From the IMG/VR virus record IMGVR_UViG_3300033076_000675, positions 1-54,063 of that record: 54,063 nucleotides of DNA; one strand, 5' to 3'. Position numbers and translations under genes: made by a program. Position 1 is the first letter of the stretch, and every line of letters starts with the position of its first letter. The stretch comes from a virus. Lineage: Duplodnaviria; Caudoviricetes. The notes beneath the pieces were generated by a model. The model was not told the DNA's origin. It did no database searches and was given only the letters and a program-made list of their open reading frames with translations. This document shows positions 35,105 to 43,743 of this stretch, piece after piece.

Positions 35105-35425
35105 TCCTTAAAGAATCTCCACGCGCCAAGAACACCTGCGAGATTCTTCCATCATACTGCAAGATAGGCCGCTATTTTCTTGGGGAGAATGGCTGACTCA
35201 AGCAAGACGGCGTGAAAAACCGACAGAGGGTGAAAATCCCTCAACCATTTCAGTTTCAGCCGGAAACCCGGTAACCAATTTACCCTCGGGGAAGCTGTTG
35301 CTTCAAAGCAGATTTGCTACCTGCTGAAAATAGAGATCATACGCGTTAATACTCTTGCGGGTTAGATTCCCGCCCCTTGGACGCTTTAACAACCCTTGTC
35401 ATCCCGGTGGCGAGGGTTTTCTTTA
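35105..35425 (+). ncRNA. putative ~320-nt ncRNA with two tRNA-like T-arm modules
   Basis: Promoter upstream and terminator downstream; GAGGG-TGAAAAT-CCCTC and GCGGG-TTAGATT-CCCGC 5-bp/7-nt arms. Confidence 0.5.
35391..35424 (+). terminator. intrinsic terminator
   Basis: AACCCTTGTCA-TCCCGG-TGGCGAGGGTT-TTCTTT. Confidence 0.7.
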
Positions 35426-35438
35426 ACCACGCATCATC

Positions 35439-35591
35439 ATGAAATTCTGCCAACTCGATAAAATAGGTCCGTCTGTGCAATGTAAAGGACGGCGCATCCA
35501 CAAGCGGCGACGCAATAAATGGATTCGCAATCAGCCTTTGAACGATGAAACACGCCCGTTGACGAATCGTTACAAGGGCTACTGGTTCTGA
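35439..35591 (+). CDS. small basic protein (50 aa)
   Basis: MKFCQLDKIG...KRRRNKWIRNQ...NRYKGYWF; below track cutoff. Confidence 0.5.
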   Translation: MKFCQLDKIGPSVQCKGRRIHKRRRNKWIRNQPLNDETRPLTNRYKGYWF

Positions 35592-35659
35592 CGGGTTTTC
35601 TTTTGACACTCCGCCCGCCATCGGTTAAACGGCGAAACCGCAAACGCGGATCATCACAC

Positions 35660-35995
35660 ATGAATCTAAACACACTACGCGACCAAGTTCACGGCCTCGC
35701 AAAAGACAAAGGCTGGCATGACGATACCATGTCTGTCATTGACTACATGGCTAAAGCGACGGCGAATCTCCACGGCGAAACAAGCGAACTATGGGAGGCC
35801 GCAAGGCGAGGAGAGCTTAACAAGCAGTGCGACAAAGCGTGTGCATTGACCTGCATTGAAGAGGAGCTTGCAGACATCATCATTCGCGCTTTGGACACCG
35901 CTGGACGCATGGGCGTGGACATCGAGGCCGCAGTATCCGCCAAGCACTTCTACAACGCTACAAGGCCGCATCGGCATGGAGGGAAACTGGCGTGA
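35660..35995 (+). CDS. MazG-like nucleotide pyrophosphohydrolase
   Basis: KGWH...LHGETSELWEAAR...EEELADIIIRALD...YNATRPHRHGGK. Confidence 0.85.
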   Translation: MNLNTLRDQVHGLAKDKGWHDDTMSVIDYMAKATANLHGETSELWEAARRGELNKQCDKACALTCIEEELADIIIRALDTAGRMGVDIEAAVSAKHFYNATRPHRHGGKLA

Positions 35996-36210
35996 GCAGT
36001 CCACTTACCGAACAAATCGGCGGCGACCACTACAAGACGCTGACGATTCAACCCGTAGAGTTCATCACGGCTAACAAACTGCCTTTTTTGGAAGGTTGCG
36101 TTATCAAGCGTGTCTGCCGACATCGCAGCAAGAATAAAGCAGAGGACATCCGCAAGGCCATCCATGAGCTAAAGTTGATTCTCAAACTTGAATACAACAC
36201 TGATGAATAA
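35992..36210 (+). CDS. DUF3310 (SaV-like) protein
   Basis: QIGGDHY..IQPVEFI..FLEGCVIK..EDIRKAIH. Confidence 0.85.
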   Translation: MSSPLTEQIGGDHYKTLTIQPVEFITANKLPFLEGCVIKRVCRHRSKNKAEDIRKAIHELKLILKLEYNTDE

Positions 36211-36281
36211 CCGTGTAACCATCGCCGCCCCATATCTGAAACCTCTTGTCGAAGCCATCAAATCCATAGACGCACGATCCT

Positions 36282-36638
36282 ATGAAAACGCCACCAAAGA
36301 AAAAGGCCGCTGCAAAAACCCCAAAGGCAAAACCCGTCGCCAAAGACACCGCTAAAGGGTGGGCTTGCCCATGCTGCCCGCGAGTCCACGCGCCCACTGT
36401 TAAAGAATGCCAATGCCGTAAAAAAACAGATGGCCAGAAAGCTCAAGATGAGGCTTTGCACCGCGAGCGCATCAAGGAGTTTATGGAACGCCTTAGAGAG
36501 GCCGAAAAGCTGCGTCCAGTGCCTCCGCCCATGCAATTCCCGCACGTTCCCTTTATCCCGAAGTGGATACCCAACCCCAACTACCCATTTAGGGAACCAA
36601 TCATGTGCAAAGCAATAGCCACTTACGGTTCCCTATGA
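36282..36638 (+). CDS. hypothetical protein with Cys cluster
   Basis: GWACPCCPRVHAPTVKECQC. Confidence 0.6.
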   Translation: MKTPPKKKAAAKTPKAKPVAKDTAKGWACPCCPRVHAPTVKECQCRKKTDGQKAQDEALHRERIKEFMERLREAEKLRPVPPPMQFPHVPFIPKWIPNPNYPFREPIMCKAIATYGSL

Positions 36639-36820
36639 CCGATCATCTCCCATCCCGCATAAAGCTCGACCCCGCCCGCGTGGAAAGCCGCAAAAGGCTG
36701 GCGCAGATGCACCCAGCAGACTGCTTTAAGGCGATGTTCGGGCTTCCTTTCACTCCGCCTACACCCTCAAATCCTCCGGCATCACAGCCCAAGTCTTGCC
36801 TGCAAGATCCCGACAAATAA
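36635..36820 (+). CDS. hypothetical protein
   Basis: ATGA-coupled ORF. Confidence 0.45.
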   Translation: MTDHLPSRIKLDPARVESRKRLAQMHPADCFKAMFGLPFTPPTPSNPPASQPKSCLQDPDK

Positions 36821-36872
36821 GGTGGCCATCGCAGCCGTCTTGATCCGCGCCTAAATGTAGAATCTCAAGGTG

Positions 36873-36925
36873 AAAGCCCTCCGGTAGATGCGTTTGACAA
36901 CCATCTTCCGTGAGGGCTTTTGCTT
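36873..36925 (+). terminator. intrinsic terminator-like hairpin
   Basis: AAAGCCCTC-CGG..CCG-TGAGGGCTTT-TGCTT. Confidence 0.65.
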
Positions 36926-36984
36926 GTCTAGTAGTCACTGTCGCAGATGGAAATCCGTATGGCATAAAAAAGAATTAAAATGGT

Positions 36985-37012
36985 TTGACGGGAGAACGGG
37001 CGCGGGTAATGT
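36985..37012 (+). promoter_or_regulatory. promoter with ACGG tandem operator-like motif (copy 1)
   Basis: TTGACGGGAGAACGGGCG..TAATGT; related copies at 41333 and 49208. Confidence 0.6.
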
Positions 37013-37048
37013 GGACTTGCCACAGGGCAAAATCAACACATCATCACT

Positions 37049-37342
37049 ATGGAAACACGCAATTACACGCCGGGGCCTTGGCATAAAAAAGCTGGCCGCG
37101 TTCTTACGACTGAACCAGAAACGTATTCTGTGGATGGACCGCCATCTGATTTTATGTTTCTTCAAAATGAAGGCGATGCAGATTTGATTGCTGCCGCTCC
37201 AGATTTGCTGGAGGCTTTGGAGCTTTGTAATGCAATCATGGAAGCTAAGATTCGTCCTGGCGAAGATGACGCGCCTACATGGCATGATGTGATTAAGCAA
37301 ACAGAAGCAGCCATTGCTAAAGCGAAAGGAGAGCAGCTATGA
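37049..37342 (+). CDS. phage accessory protein (TPGPW/AAAPDLLEAL family)
   Basis: YTPGPW...ADLIAAAPDLLEAL...AAIAKA. Confidence 0.7.
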   Translation: METRNYTPGPWHKKAGRVLTTEPETYSVDGPPSDFMFLQNEGDADLIAAAPDLLEALELCNAIMEAKIRPGEDDAPTWHDVIKQTEAAIAKAKGEQL

Positions 37343-37647
37343 AATCCAAAGACGACATCTCGCCCAACCAAATCCGTTTCGCCTACTTTGGCGACTCCCT
37401 CCGCATTGTTTACGAGGTCACGCCGGACATTGACGAGGAGATTGTGGAGATTCGCCGCGCTGAGATTTACAGCGACCTTGCCCGTTCTAAGTCTGGCTGG
37501 TTGCCAATCACATCCGGCATGGATATTTTGCTTGGTTGCCTTAACTCAGACTTTAAAGAAGCAATCCGCGAATGCACATACGTCATCTCGGAAGATGGCG
37601 AGCTTATCCGTAACTCTCGCGTCAAACAAGTTCCCGTTAACCCATAA
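37339..37647 (+). CDS. hypothetical protein
   Basis: Coupled ORF. Confidence 0.55.
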   Translation: MKSKDDISPNQIRFAYFGDSLRIVYEVTPDIDEEIVEIRRAEIYSDLARSKSGWLPITSGMDILLGCLNSDFKEAIRECTYVISEDGELIRNSRVKQVPVNP

Positions 37648-37664
37648 CCCAACATCACACTACT

Positions 37665-37895
37665 ATGCTCACCTGCAAAGAGATGCACAAAAGCACATAC
37701 TACATTGATCCAGAACTGCACACCTGGATGCGGCATCAAGCCATCATCGAAGGCGTGACTCAGAACGACATCTTTAACGACGCCGTGAGGCAGTTTAAGG
37801 AGCGAAGTGTTGCCAACAATCAACGCCTTGCTCACGTCATGGCCACCAAGAAAACAACCGCCGTTCACCCGGCTAAGAAGGGAGGGAAGAAGTGA
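37665..37895 (+). CDS. ribbon-helix-helix DNA-binding protein
   Basis: KSTYYIDPELHTWMRHQAIIEGVTQNDIFNDAVRQF. Confidence 0.65.
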   Translation: MLTCKEMHKSTYYIDPELHTWMRHQAIIEGVTQNDIFNDAVRQFKERSVANNQRLAHVMATKKTTAVHPAKKGGKK

Positions 37896-38005
37896 TGAGC
37901 GCTCTACTTGCAATCGCTACACAAATGTCTGGCTATGAATACGCCGTTGTTATTTTGGCGGCTTCCGCTGGCATATCACTATTAATTTGGGTGTGTGATA
38001 GATAA
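37895..38005 (+). CDS. 36-aa single-TM peptide
   Basis: MSALLAIATQMSGYEYAVVILAASAGISLLIWVCDR, TGATG-coupled. Confidence 0.5.
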   Translation: MSALLAIATQMSGYEYAVVILAASAGISLLIWVCDR

Positions 38006-38010
38006 TTACC

Positions 38011-38103
38011 ATGACCACCCCTCGCCAATCCATCATCGCAGGCATTGCCCTAGCCGTGCCTTTCCTCATCTTTGCTGCAATCGCTATTATCAAACACGTA
38101 TGA
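38011..38103 (+). CDS. 30-aa single-TM peptide
   Basis: MTTPRQSIIAGIALAVPFLIFAAIAIIKHV. Confidence 0.55.
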   Translation: MTTPRQSIIAGIALAVPFLIFAAIAIIKHV

Positions 38104-38303
38104 AACGAGAATCTACCACCGATAATCGCATGTCGTTTGCACTGCGGTTTAACGACCACCAGCAGACTCTAAACGAAGCCAAGCAAGCCGAGTGCAACTA
38201 CCAACCGCAACGCGCACAAGCCAAATACGGCTGGATTCCTTGGGCAGCTTTTGTCCTGGCGATGGTCGCCCTCTACGTTTTCGCTACTCACTTCAACCGC
38301 TAG
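38100..38303 (+). CDS. small protein with C-terminal TM helix
   Basis: ATGA-coupled; WIPWAAFVLAMVALYVFA. Confidence 0.55.
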   Translation: MKRESTTDNRMSFALRFNDHQQTLNEAKQAECNYQPQRAQAKYGWIPWAAFVLAMVALYVFATHFNR

Positions 38304-38315
38304 TCACCACTCATT

Positions 38316-39158
38316 ATGTCCGATCAATCTATCATCACCGCCCCTGAAACTGACATCCAAATTGCACGCGAGAACGCCGCTTTTGAGCTTCTTCAACGGC
38401 AAGCTAAGATGTTCTCGTCGTCGTCTCTTGTCCCTAAAGAGTTCATCGGCAACGTCGCCAACTGCGCTATTGGAATCAATATCGCCAAGCGTCTTGGAGC
38501 AGATCCATTTATGGTGCTGCAAAACATTGACATTATCCACGGACGCCCCAGCTTCCGCGCTACGTTCCTGATTGCAATGGTAAACGCCGCTGGCCGTTTT
38601 GAGCCGTTGCAGTTCCGCATGGAAGGCGACGAAGGCAAGCCTAACCGCTCTTGCGTGGCTTGGACGAAAAGCAAAGACGACGGTGCAACGCTGGAAGGTC
38701 CTAAGATTACCCTGGAAATGGCAAAAGCTGAGGGCTGGAGCACAAAGACGGGAAGCAAATGGATTACCATGCCAGAGCTTATGCTGCGCTACCGTGCCGC
38801 CGCGTTCTTTGCCCGCCTCTACGCGCCAGATGTGACGCTTGGACTCCAGACTGCCGAAGAGGTTCAAGACACGCTCCCGCCCCGCGATGTGACGCCATCC
38901 GCCACGACAAGTAAGCTCTTGCGTGAGGTGCCTGTGATTGAGGAAGCTCCTGCCATCACCGTAGCTCATCCGATGGTTGTATCTGAGTTCCTTTCGGAGA
39001 ACGGGCTGACTTGGGATAATGTGTCTCAAATGCTGCTAGACAATGGCATCCTTGACGACGTGCGCCCCAATCTTTCCGACGTGCCGCCAGTTGAGCTTGA
39101 GCGTATCATGTCAGCCCGCGAAGCCATCCTTAAGCAGGTGAAAGGAGGGGCGAAGTGA
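38316..39158 (+). CDS. RecT/Red-beta-like single-strand annealing protein
   Basis: SSLVPKEF.GNVANC..PFMVLQN..IHGRPS...KWITMPELMLRYRAAAFFARLYAPD. Confidence 0.75.
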   Translation: MSDQSIITAPETDIQIARENAAFELLQRQAKMFSSSSLVPKEFIGNVANCAIGINIAKRLGADPFMVLQNIDIIHGRPSFRATFLIAMVNAAGRFEPLQFRMEGDEGKPNRSCVAWTKSKDDGATLEGPKITLEMAKAEGWSTKTGSKWITMPELMLRYRAAAFFARLYAPDVTLGLQTAEEVQDTLPPRDVTPSATTSKLLREVPVIEEAPAITVAHPMVVSEFLSENGLTWDNVSQMLLDNGILDDVRPNLSDVPPVELERIMSAREAILKQVKGGAK

Positions 39159-39475
39159 TGAGTGCGCATACACCTGGGCCTTGGGAGATTGCAGATGCAA
39201 CAAACATCTTCACTAAATTAGGGGCAGCTAATGCCGCTGGCATTGAGTGCGACGCTAACGACGGATGGCTGATTGCAGATTGTTCCCCTGGTGTTTCTTT
39301 TGTGAAGGGTGAAGAAACAGAGTTAAGTTTAACTGAAACTAAGGCAAACGCCCGCCTGATCGCCGCCGCCCCTGATTTGCTGGAGGCTTTAAAGCAACTA
39401 GTGAATGCCGATGACGGTTTATCGCCAGAACTGGACGCAGCCCGCAAAGCAATCGCTAAAGCCACCCAACCATGA
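39155..39475 (+). CDS. phage accessory protein (TPGPW/AAAPDLLEAL family)
   Basis: HTPGPW...ANARLIAAAPDLLEAL. Confidence 0.7.
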   Translation: MMSAHTPGPWEIADATNIFTKLGAANAAGIECDANDGWLIADCSPGVSFVKGEETELSLTETKANARLIAAAPDLLEALKQLVNADDGLSPELDAARKAIAKATQP

Positions 39476-40671
39476 AAGACGAACGCTTTGGCGTCCCCTC
39501 AGCGTCAGAACTAGCCCGCCTTGTCGAATGTGCAAACTCGCACAAGGCACAGGCGGGCATTCCTGATGACAAGTCGAAGGATTCTTCCTTTGGCGATAAC
39601 GTCCACGCCTTTCTAAGTGGTGACAAGCCGTGGGCCGCACTCACACCGCAAGAGCAGCAGAGCGCGGAAGCCTGCGCAGACATGGAGCAATGGCACATAG
39701 ACGCCTGGAAAGAGGATGGTGAGATGACCGTCATTCGGGAGACGCGGCTTGGATTAACAGCGATGAACACGGTTGTAGAGACTGCCAAATATCCCAACGC
39801 CACGTATCAGTTCACAGGGCAGATGGATTGCCTTGTGATTCAGGGTAAGCGCGGTCTGTTGATTGACTTCAAGAGCCTACACCCTGACATTGAAGAGCCG
39901 ATTGATAACGCGCAAATGATGGGCAACGCGGTGCTTGTGGCTGAATGCTACAGGCTTGAAAGCGTCAAGGTGGTAATCATCGCCCCATTTCTGCCACGGA
40001 TGCCGCCTGCTATCTTTGACGATCGTGGTTTGCAGATGGCGCGTATCTGGCTAGCTCAAACGCTGGAAAACGAGCGCAACTCAACCGAAGCAGACCGCAA
40101 GCCGGGCAAGTGGTGCAAGCACTGCAAGGCTGCGCTAGATTGTCCTGCGCTCCATCATGGCGTTATTCAAGCCGTGGAGGTCGTTAACCCAATGGCCATC
40201 GCGGGGATGCCGGGAGATCAACAACGCTCCGCTATGTGGTCTATGGTGGCGAACCTGCCGCCTGAAAAGCATGAGGCGCACTACAACGGCCTAGCGATGA
40301 TTAAACGCTACGTGGATGTGGTAGAATCCTCATTCAAAGCCCGCGTTGAAGCTGGCGAGATGCCCGGTTATGTGGTGCAGGAGTCCCCAGGAAACCGCGA
40401 GGTTGAATGCGCGCAGAAAGCATACGAGTTACTTGCCCCCGAGGGCGTGACGCAAGAGCAGGTGCTAGCGTGCTGTAAACCGTCTGTAACGGGCTTAGAC
40501 GAGGCTCTAAGGGTGGCTAGTGGCGTGAAGAGTGTCACGGCCAAGGGCGCGGTGAAATACAACCTTACAGCCAGAGAGGCGAAGGAGAAGCTAGAGCAGA
40601 TCCTTGCGCCTGTGATGATGCGAGGGAAAAACAAGACCAAGATTGTTAAAGTGAACCAGATCGAGGAATGA
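39472..40671 (+). CDS. Cas4-like PD-(D/E)XK exonuclease (DUF2800-like)
   Basis: PSAS..C, GQMD, IDFKS, PGKWCKHC..C Fe-S cysteines; next to annealase. Confidence 0.8.
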   Translation: MKDERFGVPSASELARLVECANSHKAQAGIPDDKSKDSSFGDNVHAFLSGDKPWAALTPQEQQSAEACADMEQWHIDAWKEDGEMTVIRETRLGLTAMNTVVETAKYPNATYQFTGQMDCLVIQGKRGLLIDFKSLHPDIEEPIDNAQMMGNAVLVAECYRLESVKVVIIAPFLPRMPPAIFDDRGLQMARIWLAQTLENERNSTEADRKPGKWCKHCKAALDCPALHHGVIQAVEVVNPMAIAGMPGDQQRSAMWSMVANLPPEKHEAHYNGLAMIKRYVDVVESSFKARVEAGEMPGYVVQESPGNREVECAQKAYELLAPEGVTQEQVLACCKPSVTGLDEALRVASGVKSVTAKGAVKYNLTAREAKEKLEQILAPVMMRGKNKTKIVKVNQIEE

Positions 40672-41006
40672 TTATGAAACTGACACAAGAAGAAAAGCGA
40701 ATCAAGATTGCAGAGGTGTGCGGGTGGACGGGTATCCGTGGGAACATTGGCTACCCAAACGCGGCTACGGAAGCGGCGGAAGTTTACTACCTAATTCCCA
40801 ACTACTTCAACGATCTCAATGCCTGCCATAAAGTCTGGCAAAGCTTTACCAAAGTTCAACACGAGCAATTCAAGTGGCATCTTGTGCAGATTGTTCGTGA
40901 AGTTAAGGACTTTGACGGTCCTAAAGCATCCGTGACTTGTGCCCCTGCTTCATTGCGGGCGGAGGCTATCGGGAGAACTTTTGAAGCATGGAAAGCAGGA
41001 GAATAA
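40668..41006 (+). CDS. hypothetical phage protein
   Basis: IAEVCGW...PNYFNDLNA...RAEA motif family. Confidence 0.6.
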   Translation: MIMKLTQEEKRIKIAEVCGWTGIRGNIGYPNAATEAAEVYYLIPNYFNDLNACHKVWQSFTKVQHEQFKWHLVQIVREVKDFDGPKASVTCAPASLRAEAIGRTFEAWKAGE

Positions 41007-41009
41007 CCC

Positions 41010-41336
41010 ATGCCCAAAGTCTCAACCCTAGAGCGCAAGTTCTCTCTTATCTGGCTAGCCATCAAAGGGCCAATACTCACGCCTGAGCACGTCTTTTACC
41101 CTGGCCGCAAGTGGCGCGCAGACTTTGCACATCTCCCTAGCCGCACGCTTATCGAAGTGGAAGGAGGCGCATACGGAGGCAGGCACACGCGGCCACAGGG
41201 ATTCAAGGCAGATCTAGACAAATACTTCGCCGCCGCAATGGCAGGATGGCGCGTGATTCGCATTGGAGCGCATCAAATCAACGTGCAGACCTTGGAGCAA
41301 ATCCGCGACCTGATAAAAGATAATAAAACATCTTGA
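41010..41336 (+). CDS. DUF559/Vsr-like endonuclease (possible resolvase)
   Basis: RKWRADFA..IEVEGG..RHTR..D..KY..A...GWRVIR. Confidence 0.8.
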   Translation: MPKVSTLERKFSLIWLAIKGPILTPEHVFYPGRKWRADFAHLPSRTLIEVEGGAYGGRHTRPQGFKADLDKYFAAAMAGWRVIRIGAHQINVQTLEQIRDLIKDNKTS

Positions 41337-41360
41337 CGGTTTGACGGGAGATGCAAGAAT
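41333..41360 (+). promoter_or_regulatory. promoter with ACGG tandem motif (copy 2)
   Basis: TTGACGGTTTGACGGGAG..AAGAAT. Confidence 0.55.
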
Positions 41361-41386
41361 AAGGGGCCAACAGGCATCATCACATT

Positions 41387-41569
41387 ATGACACTTGGAAA
41401 ACTACGCGAAATGACGGCACACCTGCCAGATGAAACTGAACTATGGTATGAAGATATGAACTTTGGTGGTCGTGAAAAACCCTTTGATGAAGATCATATA
41501 TACCTGCCAACAAACGATATTTATCCCGAGATTCTTATTAGTTCAATGGTATGGACCGAAGTTGAGTAA
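41387..41569 (+). CDS. small acidic hypothetical protein
   Basis: ORF with ATCATCAC leader. Confidence 0.6.
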   Translation: MTLGKLREMTAHLPDETELWYEDMNFGGREKPFDEDHIYLPTNDIYPEILISSMVWTEVE

Positions 41570-41620
41570 ATCCACAAGGTTTGTGCATCTCACACACCAA
41601 AAATAAAACCTTAGCTTATT

Positions 41621-41914
41621 ATGAAAATTGAAATCGAAATCACAGACAGCATTACCGCCGAAATCAAAATCGGAGATCGACGCGTCAAATACGGCGCACG
41701 TAAAGGCATGTGGCAATTCATCGAAGGAGTGTCTGAGCAGGAGCTTGAAAACACCATCGAAGGCATTGTACTTTTGAAGCTGACTAACGTTCTGTCAGAC
41801 ATTATGCAGGGTTATTTGCCCGACGAGCAGAACGCCGATGACTGCTGCTGGGAACCTTGGGAGAAGCTTTCCAGAAAAGCGCAGGAAGAAGTTTATAACC
41901 GCATCAATCCGTAA
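41621..41914 (+). CDS. hypothetical protein
   Basis: ORF track; acidic. Confidence 0.6.
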   Translation: MKIEIEITDSITAEIKIGDRRVKYGARKGMWQFIEGVSEQELENTIEGIVLLKLTNVLSDIMQGYLPDEQNADDCCWEPWEKLSRKAQEEVYNRINP

Positions 41915-41995
41915 ACCACGGAGTCATCAAGATCTCCAACTAACGCAACCGGGGGCCGCGCATCCTTCACGCGGGCAACTTAAATCATCACGACA

Positions 41996-42307
41996 ATGGA
42001 TACCGAAAAAATCAAACAGATGGGCCGCGATTATTTCAAGGCGAATCCCGAGCGCTTACCATCGTATCTGGATGACAAGGCGTTTACAGAATTATGCCAG
42101 AGTCACGATTCTTTAAGGGAGGATCTTCAAGCGTCTTTATTGTGGAATGAAGGCTACAACGAAGCCTGTTACGCCGCATCCAAAGAAAGCCGCGCTATTG
42201 AGTTGCTGGGTAAACTTGTCACGGAAGTTTGGGCCTCTGAAAACAACGAGGCATGGCACCAAGCCAGCGCATTCCTGCAAGAAATCGGATGGAAACCAAA
42301 ACCTTAA
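41996..42307 (+). CDS. hypothetical protein
   Basis: ORF with ATCATCAC leader. Confidence 0.6.
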   Translation: MDTEKIKQMGRDYFKANPERLPSYLDDKAFTELCQSHDSLREDLQASLLWNEGYNEACYAASKESRAIELLGKLVTEVWASENNEAWHQASAFLQEIGWKPKP

Positions 42308-42318
42308 ATCATCACACT

Positions 42319-43143
42319 ATGTTCTACGAAGATCAACACAAGCTTGCCGCATACCTTGAGCGGCATCCAGACGCCGAATGGGAATATTGGGCTGGCAAAT
42401 GGTATGGCCACGACGACGGACGCTTTAAACGCGCAAGTGAGGCGTTTAATGCAAAATATGACATCCGCCCCGTCCTGCGCTACGGCCTCCCATCTCACCT
42501 GCAATCCGAGATCCACAATCCAGACAACCTGACCGAGGAGCAAATCTGCGAGGGCGGGAAGTATCGGGCAGTTCTCAAGAGTGAATCGGCTAGCCAGCCT
42601 CACGAGTATTGTAACAAAGGCTATCAAGAGTGGCGACGTGCATTACCGGGAGATCAGTCATTTGAAAATTACCGCACTACTTACCGCCTCCCCGCCACCG
42701 TCCCCTGGCCAGATTGGGAGCTTACAAAAGCTACGCCTTGGCCTGAGTGGCCTGATCCAGAAAACGAAAAGCCAGACCCCAAAGACGCCCGCATTGCAGA
42801 GCTTGAGAAGCAGGTTTCCGAGCTTCACGAAAGCTGCAAAAACCTGCGCGAGACTTGCAGCAAGATCGCCTCCCCCTGGCGTCGCATGTCTGAGGTGCCG
42901 ACTGAGGAGGATGCGGATAAGGATGGTTGCGTGCCTGTCATTGACTACACAGGAGCCATACGCATGTTAGTTATCGAAAGGTGGGCTGAAAGAAAGTTGG
43001 GAGGCTCTTTAGTTGCATGGATGCCCGCCCCCAAGTTCCACGGCTGGCCCGACCCTCTAGCCGACCTTCTCAAACAGCACGGTGTCGAGGCCACGCCTGA
43101 ACTCACCGCAGCCCTTACAGCATGGAAGGGGGTGGAGAAGTGA
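42319..43143 (+). CDS. mosaic hypothetical protein
   Basis: ATG 42319 after ATCATCAC; HNPDNLT, KDARIAELE coiled coil, DUF551-like VAWMP end. Confidence 0.65.
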   Translation: MFYEDQHKLAAYLERHPDAEWEYWAGKWYGHDDGRFKRASEAFNAKYDIRPVLRYGLPSHLQSEIHNPDNLTEEQICEGGKYRAVLKSESASQPHEYCNKGYQEWRRALPGDQSFENYRTTYRLPATVPWPDWELTKATPWPEWPDPENEKPDPKDARIAELEKQVSELHESCKNLRETCSKIASPWRRMSEVPTEEDADKDGCVPVIDYTGAIRMLVIERWAERKLGGSLVAWMPAPKFHGWPDPLADLLKQHGVEATPELTAALTAWKGVEK

Positions 43144-43406
43144 GTGATACTCATCCATGGTCGTGCCCATTTCCAGAAGGCTGTAATTGCGGACTTTCTG
43201 AAAAGATTCAAAACGAAGCTAAGTTTACCGCCCTCCGCGCCCACGCTGAACGGCTGGCGGAGGCTTTGGAAAAAATACAGAGGCAGCTAAATCTTGATGA
43301 TGAAGAAAGCTATGCTTCTGACGATCCTCAAGGTGCTATTGATTCTGCGCATGCAGACGCCAAAGCAGCCCTCACCCTCTACCGCGCCGAGAATCCAAAG
43401 GAGTAA
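43140..43406 (+). CDS. hypothetical protein
   Basis: GTGA-coupled. Confidence 0.55.
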   Translation: MSDTHPWSCPFPEGCNCGLSEKIQNEAKFTALRAHAERLAEALEKIQRQLNLDDEESYASDDPQGAIDSAHADAKAALTLYRAENPKE

Positions 43407-43410
43407 CGCC

Positions 43411-43743
43411 ATGACCAAATCCGAATACATCAAAGAAGCATTAGGCGAAGCTCTCTGTGAGCATTCCGACCACTACAACCTATTCACCGCAGACCAGCTT
43501 CAAGACATTGCTGACGATCTGCTTGGGGCCTTTGAATGCTGGAGTCAATATTCCGGTGAAGAGTGCATCCCGAATCCACAGATTGCCGAGATTGAGAAGC
43601 TGCAAAAGAAACTTTGTATTGAGGAGTCGAAGGTGTCGTGTCCTAACTGTGGCGGTCACGGACGCATTACCTCTTACGGAGTGAGCCATACAGCCGATTC
43701 TGAATGCCCAAAATGCAGAGGGGAGGGCAAAGTAATCCGATGA
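43411..43743 (+). CDS. protein with DnaJ-type zinc finger
   Basis: CPNCGGHG...CPKCRGEG. Confidence 0.7.
   Translation: MTKSEYIKEALGEALCEHSDHYNLFTADQLQDIADDLLGAFECWSQYSGEECIPNPQIAEIEKLQKKLCIEESKVSCPNCGGHGRITSYGVSHTADSECPKCRGEGKVIR

Noticed and set aside
35187-35380. Canonical tRNA genes
   Set aside because: No proper D and anticodon arms, TTC T-loop or CCA; kept only as tRNA-like modules.
39472-40671. Cas4-like nuclease as part of a CRISPR system
   Set aside because: No repeat-spacer array or other cas genes were seen; its position beside a RecT-like gene fits a recombination exonuclease.
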